Source: Bacteroidia bacterium (GTDB lineage Bacteria; Bacteroidota; Bacteroidia; M30B66). From it: a stretch of 64,000 bases of DNA. The stretch's first letter is position 1, and each line of letters begins with the position of its first letter. This document shows, piece after piece, positions 24,155 through 35,180 of this stretch. The stretch is from contig OZ257142.1 in assembly GCA_965279035.1 (NCBI GenBank), positions 672,001 through 736,000 on the forward strand, given 5' to 3'. The notes under the pieces are model-generated. The model made no database searches. It worked only from the letters and a program-made list of their open reading frames with translations, and was not told the origin of the DNA. The translations under genes and the position numbers were made by a program.

Positions 24155-27109
24155 ATGAAGGATACTCAACTGATTTTCAGCTTTTATCGTCACCCTTCTT
24201 TTGGACTAAGTCTCGATGCTTATCTAGTTAGTTTGCTAGAGAATAAAACGTTCTCGTATAATTATCAGCGCTTGGTTTTCGAACGAATGAACGATTATCC
24301 TTATCCATACAGCGATGAGGAGAAGAAAGTGTTGCGTAAAATCAGTGAACTAAGTCCGAAATCGATCGAGCAACAATTCAATAAAAAACAAATCCGTAGC
24401 AACCTCTTTCTCGAAAAATTAGCGAGCGATAAAGAGCAAATGAAAATGCTTACGGCCTATTTCGATAGACGTTTATCTGCCTGTCTCGACTTACTCAAAG
24501 GACAAAAAGTATATTGGAAAGAACGCGTATCGGATCATCCGGGAATGCAGGCGTTTCATATTGAAAAAGAAGCAGCAACAGTTACTTACTTTTTCGAGAG
24601 ACAAACAGATGGGATTCAATATCGGCTTCTCGTTGAACATGCTGGGAAAGCCTTGGATATTAAAAAAGCAGGCACTGAAATTTTAAGTCAGAATCCCTGT
24701 TGGCTTTTGCACAATGGATCGATTTATCATTTTGCCGATGGAACCGATGGGAATAAACTCAGTCCTTTTTTGAAACAACAAGAGTTGCAAATTCCGGATA
24801 AGCTCGCAGATAAATTTCTGGAGTCGTTCATGCTTAAAGCTTCGCGGAAATTCAATGTGCAATATTCGGGATTTAATGTTTCCACCGAGCCCAATTACCG
24901 ATCTGCTACAATTAGTATTGAAAATTCATTCGAGAAAACACCGGTTCTTCAACTCAATTTCCGTTACGATAAATTTCAGGTAACTGCAGCACAAGAGCAA
25001 GATATCTTGGTTTCGCTTCAGCGCGAAGAACAAGGAATGCGTTTGATGCGATTTTCACGGGATCGAGAATACGAAAAAACCCACACCGAATTTTTGGAGA
25101 CCTTTGGTTTGAAGCGAATAAAGCCTTCGTGGTATTTGCCCAATCAGTTAGAAACAAAAAATTGGACTTCCGACAAATTATTAGAATGGCTTAGCACACA
25201 TAATGAAATGCTCAAACAACATGGGATTGAAACCGAAGTTGTGTGGGAAGGAAAACGCTTTGCTATTGAAATTCCACGAATCGAAACACGCGAAGTAAAA
25301 GAAGGTACCGATTGGTTTGATGTTTTGGCAATTGTGATTTTGGGTGATCTCGAAATTCCTTTTATCAAATTCAGAAAAAACATTCTTGAAAAAGACCGTC
25401 ACTTTAAATTACCTGACGGTAGAATACTATTGCTTCCCGAAACTTGGTTTGTACAATACGCCGATTTATTTGAGTTTGGCGAAACCGATGAGCTAAAGCT
25501 CCGATTGCATAAGCAACATGAAGGTTTGTTAAACAATCATCCGCTTTTAAATGGTGATTTAAATGCTCGTTTGAGTGAAGCCGGAAAATCAATTTACACC
25601 GAACTTTCTCATACCGAATTTCAGGTTTCCCAAAGGCTACAAGCTACGTTGCGCGATTACCAGAAAAAGGGTTTCGACTGGCTTTGTCGTTTGTCTATAA
25701 AAGGCTTGGGAGCTTGCCTGGCAGATGACATGGGATTAGGGAAAACCCTGCAAGTAATTTCGGTTATCCTCTGGTCAAAGGAAAGGGAAGTTCCTCGTTT
25801 AGAGTCTCCTGCCCCACAAATACAACTCGATTTATTTGGTTTAAGTGGAGAGATTCCACGTGCGGAATGGAAAACTCCCTCTCTTATTGTGATGGCTCCT
25901 TCCTTAGTATATAACTGGGAAAATGAGTTGAGGAAATTTGCTCCAAGCTTGAAAATTCACAAACATCTTGGTCAGCGTAGAACTACCGATCCTCAACATT
26001 TCGGACGATACGATGTGATTTTAACAACCTATGGAATTGTTCGGAACGATGTTGATCTGTTGAAACAAACTCGATTCGATCACATTGTATTGGATGAAAG
26101 CCAACTAATAAAAAATGCCCGATCAGTAAGCTTTCAAACAGTAAAACAATTGAATGCAAGTCAACGCATTGTGTTAACTGGAACACCGGTAGAAAATTCA
26201 CTCAGCGATTTATGGTCTCAACTAACATTCTTACAGCCGGGTTTGTTGGGTAGTTTTAAATATTTCAGACAGGAATTTGTTGTTCCTATTGAACAGCAGC
26301 AAGATGTTTTGAAATTAGAAAAACTACGGAAAATCATTCATCCCTTTATATTGCGTCGAACCAAAGAAGAAGTTGCTCCCGAATTACCTGAGCTAACTCG
26401 TTCGGTGCATTATTGTGAAATGTCGCCAGAACAAAAGGACTATTACGAAGAACAGAAATCAGTTTATCGTAATAAGATTCTCGAAAATATCTCACGTGAG
26501 GGAATGGAAAAGAGTCAATTATTGATTCTTCGCGGTTTAACACATCTCCGTCAAATTGCCATTCACCCTTCCTTGATTGATTCTGAATATACGGGTGAAT
26601 CAGCTAAAATGGATCAAGTGCTTGAACTACTTTCTCAACTTCGAGAAAGTGGGAGAAAGGTGTTGATGTTCTCGCCTTTTGTTCGGCACTTGAATATCTA
26701 CCGAAAGTATTTCCAAGAGCAAAAGCTACCGTTTTCGTTTTTAGCCGGAGAAGTTCCTATGCAACAACGCGCTGGTGTTATTCAAGAGTTTGATCAACAT
26801 ACAGGACATCGCGTTTTCTTAATCCAACTGAAAACAGGTGGTTCAGGTTTGAATCTGACCAAAGCCGATAACGTATTTTTACTCGATCCTTGGTGGAATC
26901 CGGCAGCTGAAGATCAAGCTATTGCTCGCTCGCATCGTATTGGACAACATCAACCCGTTTTTGCTTGGCGATTTATTACTAAAGATACGATTGAAGAAAA
27001 AATTCTTCATTTACAGGAGCGCAAAACTCGGCTTGCTTCTGATATACTCGAAGGAACACCTTCGTTTAAGACCTTAACTGAAGAAGAATTGGCTGATCTT
27101 TTTGGCTAG
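24155..27109 (+). CDS. SNF2-family DEAD/DEAH helicase
   Basis: LRDYQ, LADDMGLGKT, DESQ.IKN, LTGTPVEN, LRRTK, GLNLT.AD, DPWWNP..E.QA..R.HRIGQ; start trimmed to ATG 24155. Confidence 0.92.
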   Translation: MKDTQLIFSFYRHPSFGLSLDAYLVSLLENKTFSYNYQRLVFERMNDYPYPYSDEEKKVLRKISELSPKSIEQQFNKKQIRSNLFLEKLASDKEQMKMLTAYFDRRLSACLDLLKGQKVYWKERVSDHPGMQAFHIEKEAATVTYFFERQTDGIQYRLLVEHAGKALDIKKAGTEILSQNPCWLLHNGSIYHFADGTDGNKLSPFLKQQELQIPDKLADKFLESFMLKASRKFNVQYSGFNVSTEPNYRSATISIENSFEKTPVLQLNFRYDKFQVTAAQEQDILVSLQREEQGMRLMRFSRDREYEKTHTEFLETFGLKRIKPSWYLPNQLETKNWTSDKLLEWLSTHNEMLKQHGIETEVVWEGKRFAIEIPRIETREVKEGTDWFDVLAIVILGDLEIPFIKFRKNILEKDRHFKLPDGRILLLPETWFVQYADLFEFGETDELKLRLHKQHEGLLNNHPLLNGDLNARLSEAGKSIYTELSHTEFQVSQRLQATLRDYQKKGFDWLCRLSIKGLGACLADDMGLGKTLQVISVILWSKEREVPRLESPAPQIQLDLFGLSGEIPRAEWKTPSLIVMAPSLVYNWENELRKFAPSLKIHKHLGQRRTTDPQHFGRYDVILTTYGIVRNDVDLLKQTRFDHIVLDESQLIKNARSVSFQTVKQLNASQRIVLTGTPVENSLSDLWSQLTFLQPGLLGSFKYFRQEFVVPIEQQQDVLKLEKLRKIIHPFILRRTKEEVAPELPELTRSVHYCEMSPEQKDYYEEQKSVYRNKILENISREGMEKSQLLILRGLTHLRQIAIHPSLIDSEYTGESAKMDQVLELLSQLRESGRKVLMFSPFVRHLNIYRKYFQEQKLPFSFLAGEVPMQQRAGVIQEFDQHTGHRVFLIQLKTGGSGLNLTKADNVFLLDPWWNPAAEDQAIARSHRIGQHQPVFAWRFITKDTIEEKILHLQERKTRLASDILEGTPSFKTLTEEELADLFG

Positions 27110-27260
27110 TTGAAAAATTCAACAAAAACTGGAATTTGGGTTTGACAAATCTGATTATGCCTTAGTTTAGCAAAATGCAATCAAATTAAAATCTGCTTAA
27201 ACAGATAAAATATTGGATGCAAAAGGACTGTACCCGCCTTCCTATAAGCCCGACCCGTCA

Positions 27261-28820
27261 ATGCCACATCAATTACCTTTTAAAGAAAAACTAAAGAAAG
27301 ATCTTCCTTCATCCGTCATGGTATTTCTGGTAGCACTGCCCTTATGTTTGGGTATTGCTCTAGCTAGTGGTGCACCTGCATTTTCGGGCATTTTAGCAGG
27401 AATTATTGGAGGAATTGTTATTGGTTCAATAAGCGGTGCTCAACTTAGTGTAAGTGGACCAGCAGCTGGATTAACTGTTATTGTGGTTGATTCAATCCGT
27501 CAATTGGGATCATTTGATGCTTTCTTGTTAGCCGTTTGCATTTCAGGAGTTTTGCAAATTGTATTAGGCATCTTGAAAGCCGGAGTAATGGCTAATTTCT
27601 TTCCCTCGTCGGTAATCAAAGGAATGTTAGCTTCCATAGGATTGGTACTCATCCTCAAGCAATTGCCGAAAGCACTTGGGTATGATTTTGATTTCGAAGG
27701 TGATGAAAGTTTCGAAGAAGCAGGTGGACACAACACGTTTACCGATATCTATTATGCGTTTTTGAATTTGAGGCCGGGCGCTGTTATTATTAGCATTTGT
27801 TCATTGATTATTATGCTTGCATGGGATTCACTCGTAACGAAACTGGGTGGATTCTTTCGATTTATTCCAGGAGCTTTAATGGCAGTATTAATGGGAATTC
27901 TCATTAATGAAGCATTTGGACTTTGGTCGCCTGAATTATTTCTTGAAGCTAGTCACCGAGTAGATTTACCAACTGGAATTTTGCATTCGGGAATTACTGA
28001 TTTGATCGTTTTTCCCGATTTCACTGCTTGGAATAATCCGAAAATCTATACCGTAGCAATAACATTAGCCATCGTGGCAAGTATTGAGAGTTTATTGAGC
28101 ATCGAAGCCGGTGATCAAATTGATCCACATCATCGCATTACTCCGCTCAACCGAGAACTCATTGCACAAGGAATTGGAAATATCTGTTCAGGTTTTATTG
28201 GTGGATTACCTGTAACGGCAGTCATTGTAAGAACTTCAGCAAACGTTCTTGCTGGAGCAATTTCCAAATTCTCCACCATCTTTCATGGAACTTTGCTCGT
28301 ACTAAGTATTGTCATATTCCCTCGCTTTCTCAATACGATTCCACTTTCATCATTAGCTGCTATACTATTGATTGTTGGTTTCAAACTAACCAAACCAAGT
28401 CTATTTGTTCAAATTTACAAGAAAGGTCTTACCCAATTCATTCCGTTTGTTATCACCATTTTAGCTATTCTCTTCACCAATTTGCTCATAGGAATTGGGA
28501 TTGGATTAGCAAGCGGACTTTTCTTCGTGCTACGTTCTAACTTCCGTCGTTCGATAAGTGTAACGATTGATAAAAATAATGTTCTCATCCGGCTTCGCCA
28601 CAATGTTTCATTCCTCAATAAAACTCTCTTGCGTGAAGCATTAATGAATGTGAAAGATGGTAGCAGCATTTTAATTGACGGAACAAGTGCCGTGTTTATT
28701 GATCAAGATATTATCGAAACGATTGAAACTTTTGCCGATGCTTCGAAAGAGAAAAAGATTACCGTCGAAATAAAACGCACAAAAACTAGCCAAAACGATT
28801 ATTTCAGACTTAACGATTGA
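27261..28820 (+). CDS. SulP/SLC26 family anion (bicarbonate/sulfate) permease
   Basis: [45 protein letters not shown]; short STAS-like tail; directly upstream of a carbonic anhydrase. Confidence 0.92.
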   Translation: MPHQLPFKEKLKKDLPSSVMVFLVALPLCLGIALASGAPAFSGILAGIIGGIVIGSISGAQLSVSGPAAGLTVIVVDSIRQLGSFDAFLLAVCISGVLQIVLGILKAGVMANFFPSSVIKGMLASIGLVLILKQLPKALGYDFDFEGDESFEEAGGHNTFTDIYYAFLNLRPGAVIISICSLIIMLAWDSLVTKLGGFFRFIPGALMAVLMGILINEAFGLWSPELFLEASHRVDLPTGILHSGITDLIVFPDFTAWNNPKIYTVAITLAIVASIESLLSIEAGDQIDPHHRITPLNRELIAQGIGNICSGFIGGLPVTAVIVRTSANVLAGAISKFSTIFHGTLLVLSIVIFPRFLNTIPLSSLAAILLIVGFKLTKPSLFVQIYKKGLTQFIPFVITILAILFTNLLIGIGIGLASGLFFVLRSNFRRSISVTIDKNNVLIRLRHNVSFLNKTLLREALMNVKDGSSILIDGTSAVFIDQDIIETIETFADASKEKKITVEIKRTKTSQNDYFRLND

Positions 28821-28822
28821 GC

Positions 28823-29467
28823 ATGAAACCCATAGAAAAACTTCTTCTTGAAAATAAAGCCTGGGCCGCCGAAAAACTCGAAACCGACCCGAATTATTTC
28901 CTTAGACAGTCGAAGGATCAATCTCCCGAATTTTTCTGGATAGGTTGTTCCGACAGCCGTGTTCCAGCAAACGAGGTAACAAACACCGAACCCGGAGAGC
29001 TCTTTGTTCACCGGAACGTGGCTAATTTGGTAGTGAACACCGATTTGAATTTATTGAGCGTGCTTCAATATGCGGTGGAAGTGCTGAAAGTGAATCACAT
29101 CATCGTATGTGGCCATTATGGTTGTGGAGGAGTGAAAGCCGCAATGACTCAGAAATCGTATGGACTAATCAACAAATGGTTGAGAAATATCAAAGATGTG
29201 TATCGTTTTCATCGGATAGAAATTGATGGCATTGGCGATCCAGTAAAACGGGTTGATCGTTTGGTTGAGTTAAATGTGAACGAACAGATTCACAACTTGG
29301 CTAAAACTTCCATTGTTCAAAAAGCGTGGTCAACGCGGCAAGGACCGATGTTACATGGATGGGTTTATGGTCTGGAGGATGGAATTTTACATGAAATCAT
29401 CAATCTAGATCATACGTACAATGTAGATCCTATTTATCGCTTCGAGCCAGATGAATTGAAAGACTGA
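28823..29467 (+). CDS. can: beta-class carbonic anhydrase
   Basis: [27 protein letters not shown] zinc ligands. Confidence 0.93.
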   Translation: MKPIEKLLLENKAWAAEKLETDPNYFLRQSKDQSPEFFWIGCSDSRVPANEVTNTEPGELFVHRNVANLVVNTDLNLLSVLQYAVEVLKVNHIIVCGHYGCGGVKAAMTQKSYGLINKWLRNIKDVYRFHRIEIDGIGDPVKRVDRLVELNVNEQIHNLAKTSIVQKAWSTRQGPMLHGWVYGLEDGILHEIINLDHTYNVDPIYRFEPDELKD

Positions 29468-29513
29468 ATGAGCGCCCCAATTGTTAACTTAGCGCCCTAT
29501 AATAAACGCATGC

Positions 29514-30254
29514 ATGTCAGGACACAGTAGATGGGCGAACATCAAGCACCGGAAAGGCATTAAGGATAAACGCCGGAGCAAATTATTTACGCGTCTCCTT
29601 AAAGAACTCATGATGGCTTCTCGCATGGGAGGACCTGATCCGGATGCAAATCCGCGACTGCGTTTGGCTATTCAGAATGCAAAAGGAGCCAATATTCCTA
29701 AGGACACCATCACGCGTAACGTAGAAAAAGGAGCTGGTATTGGAGCCGAAACATTTGTAGAGCCAACTTACGAAGGCTACGCCCCATCGGGTATTGCCGT
29801 GTTTGTTGAATGTGCAACCGATAATTTAAATCGTACAGTACAAGATGTACGTATGGTGTTTAACAAATACGGTGGAAACTTAGGTACTAATGGTTCTTTG
29901 AGCTTTGTGTTTGATCGTTTGGGCGTATTTGAAATTCCTCAAGGAAACCTCGATGAGGATGAATTTACCATGGAAATGATTGATGCCAATGCTAGCGAAA
30001 TTGTTCTTGAAGATGGAGTTTTTACCGTGTATGTTCCATTTGAATCGTTTGGAGAAATGCAACGCAAGCTAGAAAGTCTGGGCATTGAAGCCGAAAGTGC
30101 TGGATTACAACAAATTCCAAAAGAACGCACAACGCTCGATTTAGAAGCATCCAAAAAAGTAATGAAACTGATCGAAATGCTCGAAGATTTGGACGATGTT
30201 CAGCAAGTGTATCACAACCTAGAGCTTACCGAAGAGCTCGCCAACGAACTTTAG
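29514..30254 (+). CDS. yebC: YebC/PmpR family protein
   Basis: [39 protein letters not shown]. Confidence 0.92.
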   Translation: MSGHSRWANIKHRKGIKDKRRSKLFTRLLKELMMASRMGGPDPDANPRLRLAIQNAKGANIPKDTITRNVEKGAGIGAETFVEPTYEGYAPSGIAVFVECATDNLNRTVQDVRMVFNKYGGNLGTNGSLSFVFDRLGVFEIPQGNLDEDEFTMEMIDANASEIVLEDGVFTVYVPFESFGEMQRKLESLGIEAESAGLQQIPKERTTLDLEASKKVMKLIEMLEDLDDVQQVYHNLELTEELANEL

Positions 30255-30256
30255 AT

Positions 30257-31831
30257 ATGAATCCGATTACCGATAAAACCACGAACAGCATGCAGGATAA
30301 AATTCAGCGCCTCGAAGACATGAAGTCGGAAGCCCTTTTGGGTGGTGGAGCAAAACGCATCGAATCGCAACATAAAAAAGGCAAACTCACTGCCCGCGAA
30401 CGTATTGCTTTATTGTTGGATGAAGGATCGTTTGAAGAAATTGGACAATTGGTGACACACCGCAGCAGCAATTTCGGTTTAGATAAACAGAAGTTTTATG
30501 GTGATGGTGTAGTGACTGGTTTTGGAACTGTTCATGGCAGAACGGTCTATGTTTTTGCACAAGATTTCACAGTTTTCGGAGGATCTTTAGCAGAAGCTCA
30601 CGCCACAAAAATTTGTCGAATCATGGATCTTGCTATGCAAAATGGCGCACCCGTGATTGGCTTGAACGATTCGGGTGGTGCTCGTATTCAGGAAGGTGTA
30701 GTTTCTCTAGGTGGATATGCAGATATCTTTTACCGCAACACACTTGCTTCAGGTGTAATTCCTCAGATTTCTGCGATCATGGGACCATGTGCTGGTGGAG
30801 CCGTTTATTCACCTGCCATCACCGATTTCATTCTTATGGTGGAAGATTCTTCCTACATGTTTGTGACTGGACCAAACGTAGTAAAAACCGTTACTCACGA
30901 AGAAGTAAGCTCCGAAGAATTAGGTGGCGCCTCGGCACACAGTGTAAAATCGGGAGTAACGCATTTCTCGTGTACCAACGGTGTTTCGTGCATTGAGGAC
31001 ATAAAGAAACTGTTGAGTTATGTTCCCTCGAATTGCGAAGAAGAAGCACCATGTTTACCCTACACAGCAGGGAATGAAAAACGTCCAGTTCTCAACACCA
31101 TCATCCCCGAAAACCCAAATCAACCGTACGATATCCGAGAGGTGATTGATCAGGTTATCGATAACGATACTTTCTTTGAAGTACATAAGAACTTTGCTGA
31201 AAATATTGTGGTAGGTTTTGCCCGATTAGGCGGACGAAGCATTGGTATTGTTGCAAACCAACCAGCCTATTTGGCGGGAGTGCTTGATATAAAATCATCA
31301 CAAAAAGCAGCTCGCTTTGTTCGTTTCTGCGATTGCTTTAATATTCCTTTGTTGGTGTTTGAAGATGTTCCGGGATTCCTTCCAGGAACCGATCAAGAGT
31401 GGAATGGCATCATTACCAATGGAGCTAAATTGCTTTATGCTTTCTGCGAAGCAACCGTTCCGCGTGTGACTGTAATTACCCGCAAAGCATACGGTGGAGC
31501 GTACGATGTGATGAATTCTAAGCACATTGGTGCCGACATGAATTATGCTTGGCCAAGTGCCGAAATTGCGGTGATGGGTGCTAAAGGAGCAGCAGAAATT
31601 ATCTTTAAGAAAGAAATCGAAGAAGCACCAATTCCTGCGGAGAAATTGCTCGAAAAAGAACGCGAATATGCAGAGCATTTTGCCAATCCATACAGCGCTG
31701 CTGAACGCGGTTATGTAGATGAAGTAATTCACCCAGAACAAACGCGCGAAAAGCTGATTCGCGCGTTTAAAATGCTCGAAAATAAAGTAGCGAAACTACC
31801 ACGCAAGAAACACGGGAATATTCCGTTATAA
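30257..31831 (+). CDS. pccB: acyl-CoA (propionyl-CoA-type) carboxylase carboxyltransferase beta subunit
   Basis: [55 protein letters not shown]. Confidence 0.88.
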   Translation: MNPITDKTTNSMQDKIQRLEDMKSEALLGGGAKRIESQHKKGKLTARERIALLLDEGSFEEIGQLVTHRSSNFGLDKQKFYGDGVVTGFGTVHGRTVYVFAQDFTVFGGSLAEAHATKICRIMDLAMQNGAPVIGLNDSGGARIQEGVVSLGGYADIFYRNTLASGVIPQISAIMGPCAGGAVYSPAITDFILMVEDSSYMFVTGPNVVKTVTHEEVSSEELGGASAHSVKSGVTHFSCTNGVSCIEDIKKLLSYVPSNCEEEAPCLPYTAGNEKRPVLNTIIPENPNQPYDIREVIDQVIDNDTFFEVHKNFAENIVVGFARLGGRSIGIVANQPAYLAGVLDIKSSQKAARFVRFCDCFNIPLLVFEDVPGFLPGTDQEWNGIITNGAKLLYAFCEATVPRVTVITRKAYGGAYDVMNSKHIGADMNYAWPSAEIAVMGAKGAAEIIFKKEIEEAPIPAEKLLEKEREYAEHFANPYSAAERGYVDEVIHPEQTREKLIRAFKMLENKVAKLPRKKHGNIPL

Positions 31832-31838
31832 CTTTACA

Positions 31839-32579
31839 GTGATTATTGAACAAAATCCCCCTTTACACAAAGTTCGCTACCTCCTTGCGGGCTTTGTGTT
31901 TTTTATGTCCTTCTTGAGCCTGAATGCACAGGTAAAAGTGTCGGGAACGGTGTATGACAAAGAAAGTGGCCGACCATTGCCTTATGCCTTTGTCATTATT
32001 CAACGCACTCAAAATGGCGTTTTTTGCGATCAACGAGGACAATTTTCATTGGATGTTCAGCCGACAGACTCGCTTTTGTTTTCCTTGACTGGCTATCAGT
32101 TTAGTAAAGTAATTTTAGGCGATTCGTTACGCAAACCAGCTTACACATTGCGAATTCCTTTGATTGTAAAACCCGTTAAACTACGAACGTTTGAAGTAAA
32201 AGCTCCAAAAACATTCGATCAGATTTTAGCCGATCTTGAGAAAGCCGAAAGCTCCAAAGTGCACCATACTACCAATGTAGGCAATGCGCTTGAAAGCCCA
32301 ATCACTTTTTTATACATGCAGTTTAGCCGCGAAGGAAAAGCCATTCGACGTATTTCGGAACTTCGCGCCGAAGATCAAAAGCAAGCGCTCATCAAAGAAC
32401 TCTTTACCAAATACATGTTGGCTCACATCATTGATCTCGATGAGAAAGACATGGACGACTTCATCGCTTTTTCAGGCTTGACTAATACTTTCAACCTGTT
32501 CGATACCGAATACGAATTGGTGGTTTATGTGAAGAATCGATATGTGGATTACAAGAAATACCGAGGTATCGAAGATTGA
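31839..32579 (+). CDS. carboxypeptidase-regulatory-like domain outer-envelope protein
   Basis: Signal-like segment, VSGTVYD..SG.PLPYA.V...G.F.L...D.L.FS..GY, SPITFLY..FS.EGK. Confidence 0.75.
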   Translation: MIIEQNPPLHKVRYLLAGFVFFMSFLSLNAQVKVSGTVYDKESGRPLPYAFVIIQRTQNGVFCDQRGQFSLDVQPTDSLLFSLTGYQFSKVILGDSLRKPAYTLRIPLIVKPVKLRTFEVKAPKTFDQILADLEKAESSKVHHTTNVGNALESPITFLYMQFSREGKAIRRISELRAEDQKQALIKELFTKYMLAHIIDLDEKDMDDFIAFSGLTNTFNLFDTEYELVVYVKNRYVDYKKYRGIED

Positions 32580-33101
32580 TTATTCTTCGTCTTTAAACCA
32601 CGATGCATATTTGAGGTAATTATCGGCGATGCGGTCTATTTGTCCTCGCACTAGTTCTTCGCTCACTTTTTTCACAGGTTTAGCAGGCACTCCAGCCCAA
32701 ATCCAACCCGATTCTACTATACTATTTTCGAGTACAACTGCTCCGGCAGCGATGATGCTTCCCGAATGAACTACTGCATGATCCATCACAATGGCGCCCA
32801 TTCCAATGAGGACATTATCGTGCAGCGTGCAACCATGAACCAGTGCATTATGACCGATCGAAACACGATTGCCAATGGTGGTAGCAGCTTGTTCGAATGT
32901 GGCATGAATCACAGCTCCATCTTGAATATTCACTCGATCGCCAATTCGAATCGCATTCACATCGCCGCGAACAACAGCATTAAACCAAACGCTGCAATCG
33001 CGCCCCATGATTACATCACCAATCACTGTAGCTGTTTCGGCGAAATAGCAATTATCACCAAACTCGGGAACAAACCCACGTACCTTTTTTATAAGCGCCA
33101 T
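32580..33101 (-). CDS. gamma carbonic anhydrase family (hexapeptide repeat) protein
   Basis: IGDV.MG...SVWFNAVVRGDVN.I.IG...NIQDGAVIH, IGHNA.VHGC; start trimmed to MALIKKV at 33101. Confidence 0.9.
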   Translation of the reverse strand: MALIKKVRGFVPEFGDNCYFAETATVIGDVIMGRDCSVWFNAVVRGDVNAIRIGDRVNIQDGAVIHATFEQAATTIGNRVSIGHNALVHGCTLHDNVLIGMGAIVMDHAVVHSGSIIAAGAVVLENSIVESGWIWAGVPAKPVKKVSEELVRGQIDRIADNYLKYASWFKDEE

Positions 33102-33219
33102 ACCTAAAATGCGTGTTAATTTGCGAAAGATAAAAGGAATTCGTTGAGCCTCTTTGAACCCATTGTGTAAAACTGCATAAGAAGCCCGATTCTCCTTTAT
33201 ATCCAATATTTCTGAGCCT

Positions 33220-34878
33220 ATGAAACGCTTTCTTTTTAACCTGCTTTTGCTTTGTTTCTCGACTAGCATTATTGCGCAGGACACCGAAAATCAACGTATT
33301 AAAACCAAACCTGAAAAAGTTACGCTCTACATCAGTGGAGCTCAGGTAGATTCAAAAGGTAATGGTTCTTTAAAAACGGGAACACAAACCTTGGTTTTCG
33401 ATAACCTATCGAATTTCGTCGATCCTAACTCCATTCAGGTAAAAGCCGATGCGGATATCACCATTATGGCGGTGAATTTTCAGTTGAATTATTTGGAACC
33501 GCAAAATAATCCCGAGTTCAAACGCATGGAGGATACGCTCCGCAATGCTAAGAAAGAAATAGCTCGTGTCACCTTGAGCAAAAACACCTTTCAAGAAGAA
33601 TTGACTATGCTCACGGCGAATCGTTCTATTGGAGGCGCAAATACAGGTGTGAGTGTGTCGGAATTAGAAAAGATGGCCAATTTTATTCGTGCCCGGATTG
33701 GTGATGTTTCCTTGAAGAAGTTAGAAGCGGAAGAAAAAGAAACCAAGCTACGCGAGCACATTACCCAACTTGAAAACCAGATGAATCAAATGCGTAATCG
33801 TGGAAATCAACCTAGTGGTGAAATTCAGGTTACAGTGGCTTCTGCATCAGCTGGCTCGGCAAATTTTGAGTTGAGTTATTTTGTAAGCAATTGTGGCTGG
33901 CAGCCGATGTACGACGTACGTGTGAAAGATGTGAATACGCCTGCAACCATTGTCGCTAAAGCAAACGTGGTTCAGAATACCGGCATGGATTGGAAAAACG
34001 TGAAACTTTCGCTTAACACGGGGAATCCAACACGAGGAAATACCAAACCCGTTTTGAATCCATGGTCTTTATCCTTATACGATCGTACCGTTTACAAACA
34101 ACGTCGTAAAAACAGCACTCGTAGCAGCTATATGTATGATGGAAATGCACCTGCGGCTGCACCAGCAGCAATGGACATGGAAAAATCGGGTTCTAAGAAA
34201 TATGAAGAAGAGAGCATCTCTGCTTGGAGCAGCAGTACTGCCGAACAAACTAAAGTGGGCAGCAGTACTACCAATGCGGTGTTTGATATACAAATCCCGT
34301 ATACCATTTTGAGTAATGGAAAAGACAACATTGTTGAGATTCAGGAATATGTAGTTGCAGCTAAATACTCCTATTTTGCTGTTCCTAAGGTAGATAAAGA
34401 TGCGTTTTTAGTTGCAGATTTGATTGGTTGGGACAAAAACGAATTGCTCCCAGGAAATGCGAATGTGTATTTCGAGAACAATTATGTAGGTAAAACCTAT
34501 TTCGATTCGCGCATTGTAGATGATACTTTGAGTTTTGCATTGGGGCGCGATAACAACATTCGAATTAATCGCACACAAGTAAAAGATGTGAAAGACAAAG
34601 TGAATATTGGCGGTGCAATTAACAAGCTTAACCGCGAGTTTGAGATGGAAGTTAAAAACACCCGCAAAGCGGATATTGAACTCGAAATAGAAGATCAAAT
34701 TCCATTGTCGACCAATGCCGAATTAATGATTGAAAAAACCGGAGCCGAAGGAGCAGCTTACGATACACAAACGGGCAAGCTCACTTGGAAACTCACGCTG
34801 AAACCCGGAGAATCGCGTAAAATCAAATTTGGCTATCAACTTAAATACCCGAAAAAATACAACCTCAACGGATTGTAA
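33220..34878 (+). CDS. DUF4139/DUF4140 domain exported protein
   Basis: Signal peptide, VTLY.SGAQV, coiled coil, W.P.YD.R, QNTG.DW.NV.L.L.T, YFAVPK, IEDQIP.S, G.L.W.L.L.PGE. Confidence 0.85.
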   Translation: MKRFLFNLLLLCFSTSIIAQDTENQRIKTKPEKVTLYISGAQVDSKGNGSLKTGTQTLVFDNLSNFVDPNSIQVKADADITIMAVNFQLNYLEPQNNPEFKRMEDTLRNAKKEIARVTLSKNTFQEELTMLTANRSIGGANTGVSVSELEKMANFIRARIGDVSLKKLEAEEKETKLREHITQLENQMNQMRNRGNQPSGEIQVTVASASAGSANFELSYFVSNCGWQPMYDVRVKDVNTPATIVAKANVVQNTGMDWKNVKLSLNTGNPTRGNTKPVLNPWSLSLYDRTVYKQRRKNSTRSSYMYDGNAPAAAPAAMDMEKSGSKKYEEESISAWSSSTAEQTKVGSSTTNAVFDIQIPYTILSNGKDNIVEIQEYVVAAKYSYFAVPKVDKDAFLVADLIGWDKNELLPGNANVYFENNYVGKTYFDSRIVDDTLSFALGRDNNIRINRTQVKDVKDKVNIGGAINKLNREFEMEVKNTRKADIELEIEDQIPLSTNAELMIEKTGAEGAAYDTQTGKLTWKLTLKPGESRKIKFGYQLKYPKKYNLNGL

Positions 34879-34881
34879 ATT

Positions 34882-34925
34882 AATCCCAAAGCCTCGGAAT
34901 GAATTTCGGGGCTTTGGGATTTTAT
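34882..34925 (+). terminator. intrinsic terminator
   Basis: AATCCCAAAGCCTCGGAA-TGAA-TTTCGGGGCTTTGGGATT then TTAT, directly after the DUF4139 stop. Confidence 0.75.
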
Positions 34926-34965
34926 AGGGGAGCAATCTAATAACCAGATTCGAATTTAGATTATA

Positions 34966-35087
34966 CATGCTCGTGGCAAGGATTGAGCGATTAGCCCGGA
35001 GTCTATGCCTTCGCTAAAGCTATGGCATAGAACGAGGACTAAAAGCGAAAGCCTGTATGCCACCCAAATTTTTTGAACAAGGGCGTG
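34966..35087 (+). repeat. structured intergenic element (Flavo-1-like / REP-like), copy 2
   Basis: GTGGCA-AGG-ATTGA-GC...GC-GAAAG-CCT-gta-TGCCAC with inner hairpin TCTATGCC-ttcgctaaagctat-GGCATAGA. Confidence 0.5.
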
Positions 35088-35180
35088 GATAAGTTTATTC
35101 GATAGAAGTTCGATTTATTCGATGTTACTGCAACGACAGCCGTAATTTTGCTTCATATTAGAATCATTCATTTTTATTAG

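Noticed and set aside
24155-27109. SNF2 helicase as part of an anti-phage system
   Set aside because: No neighbouring methylase, nuclease or other defence gene; the context is housekeeping.
32580-33284. Extended N-termini in the ORF track (gamma-CA from 33284; also amidohydrolase 22741, cruF 10250, icd 38248, L31 54868)
   Set aside because: The extensions overlap neighbouring genes or promoter boxes, and family-typical N-termini begin at the downstream starts used above.
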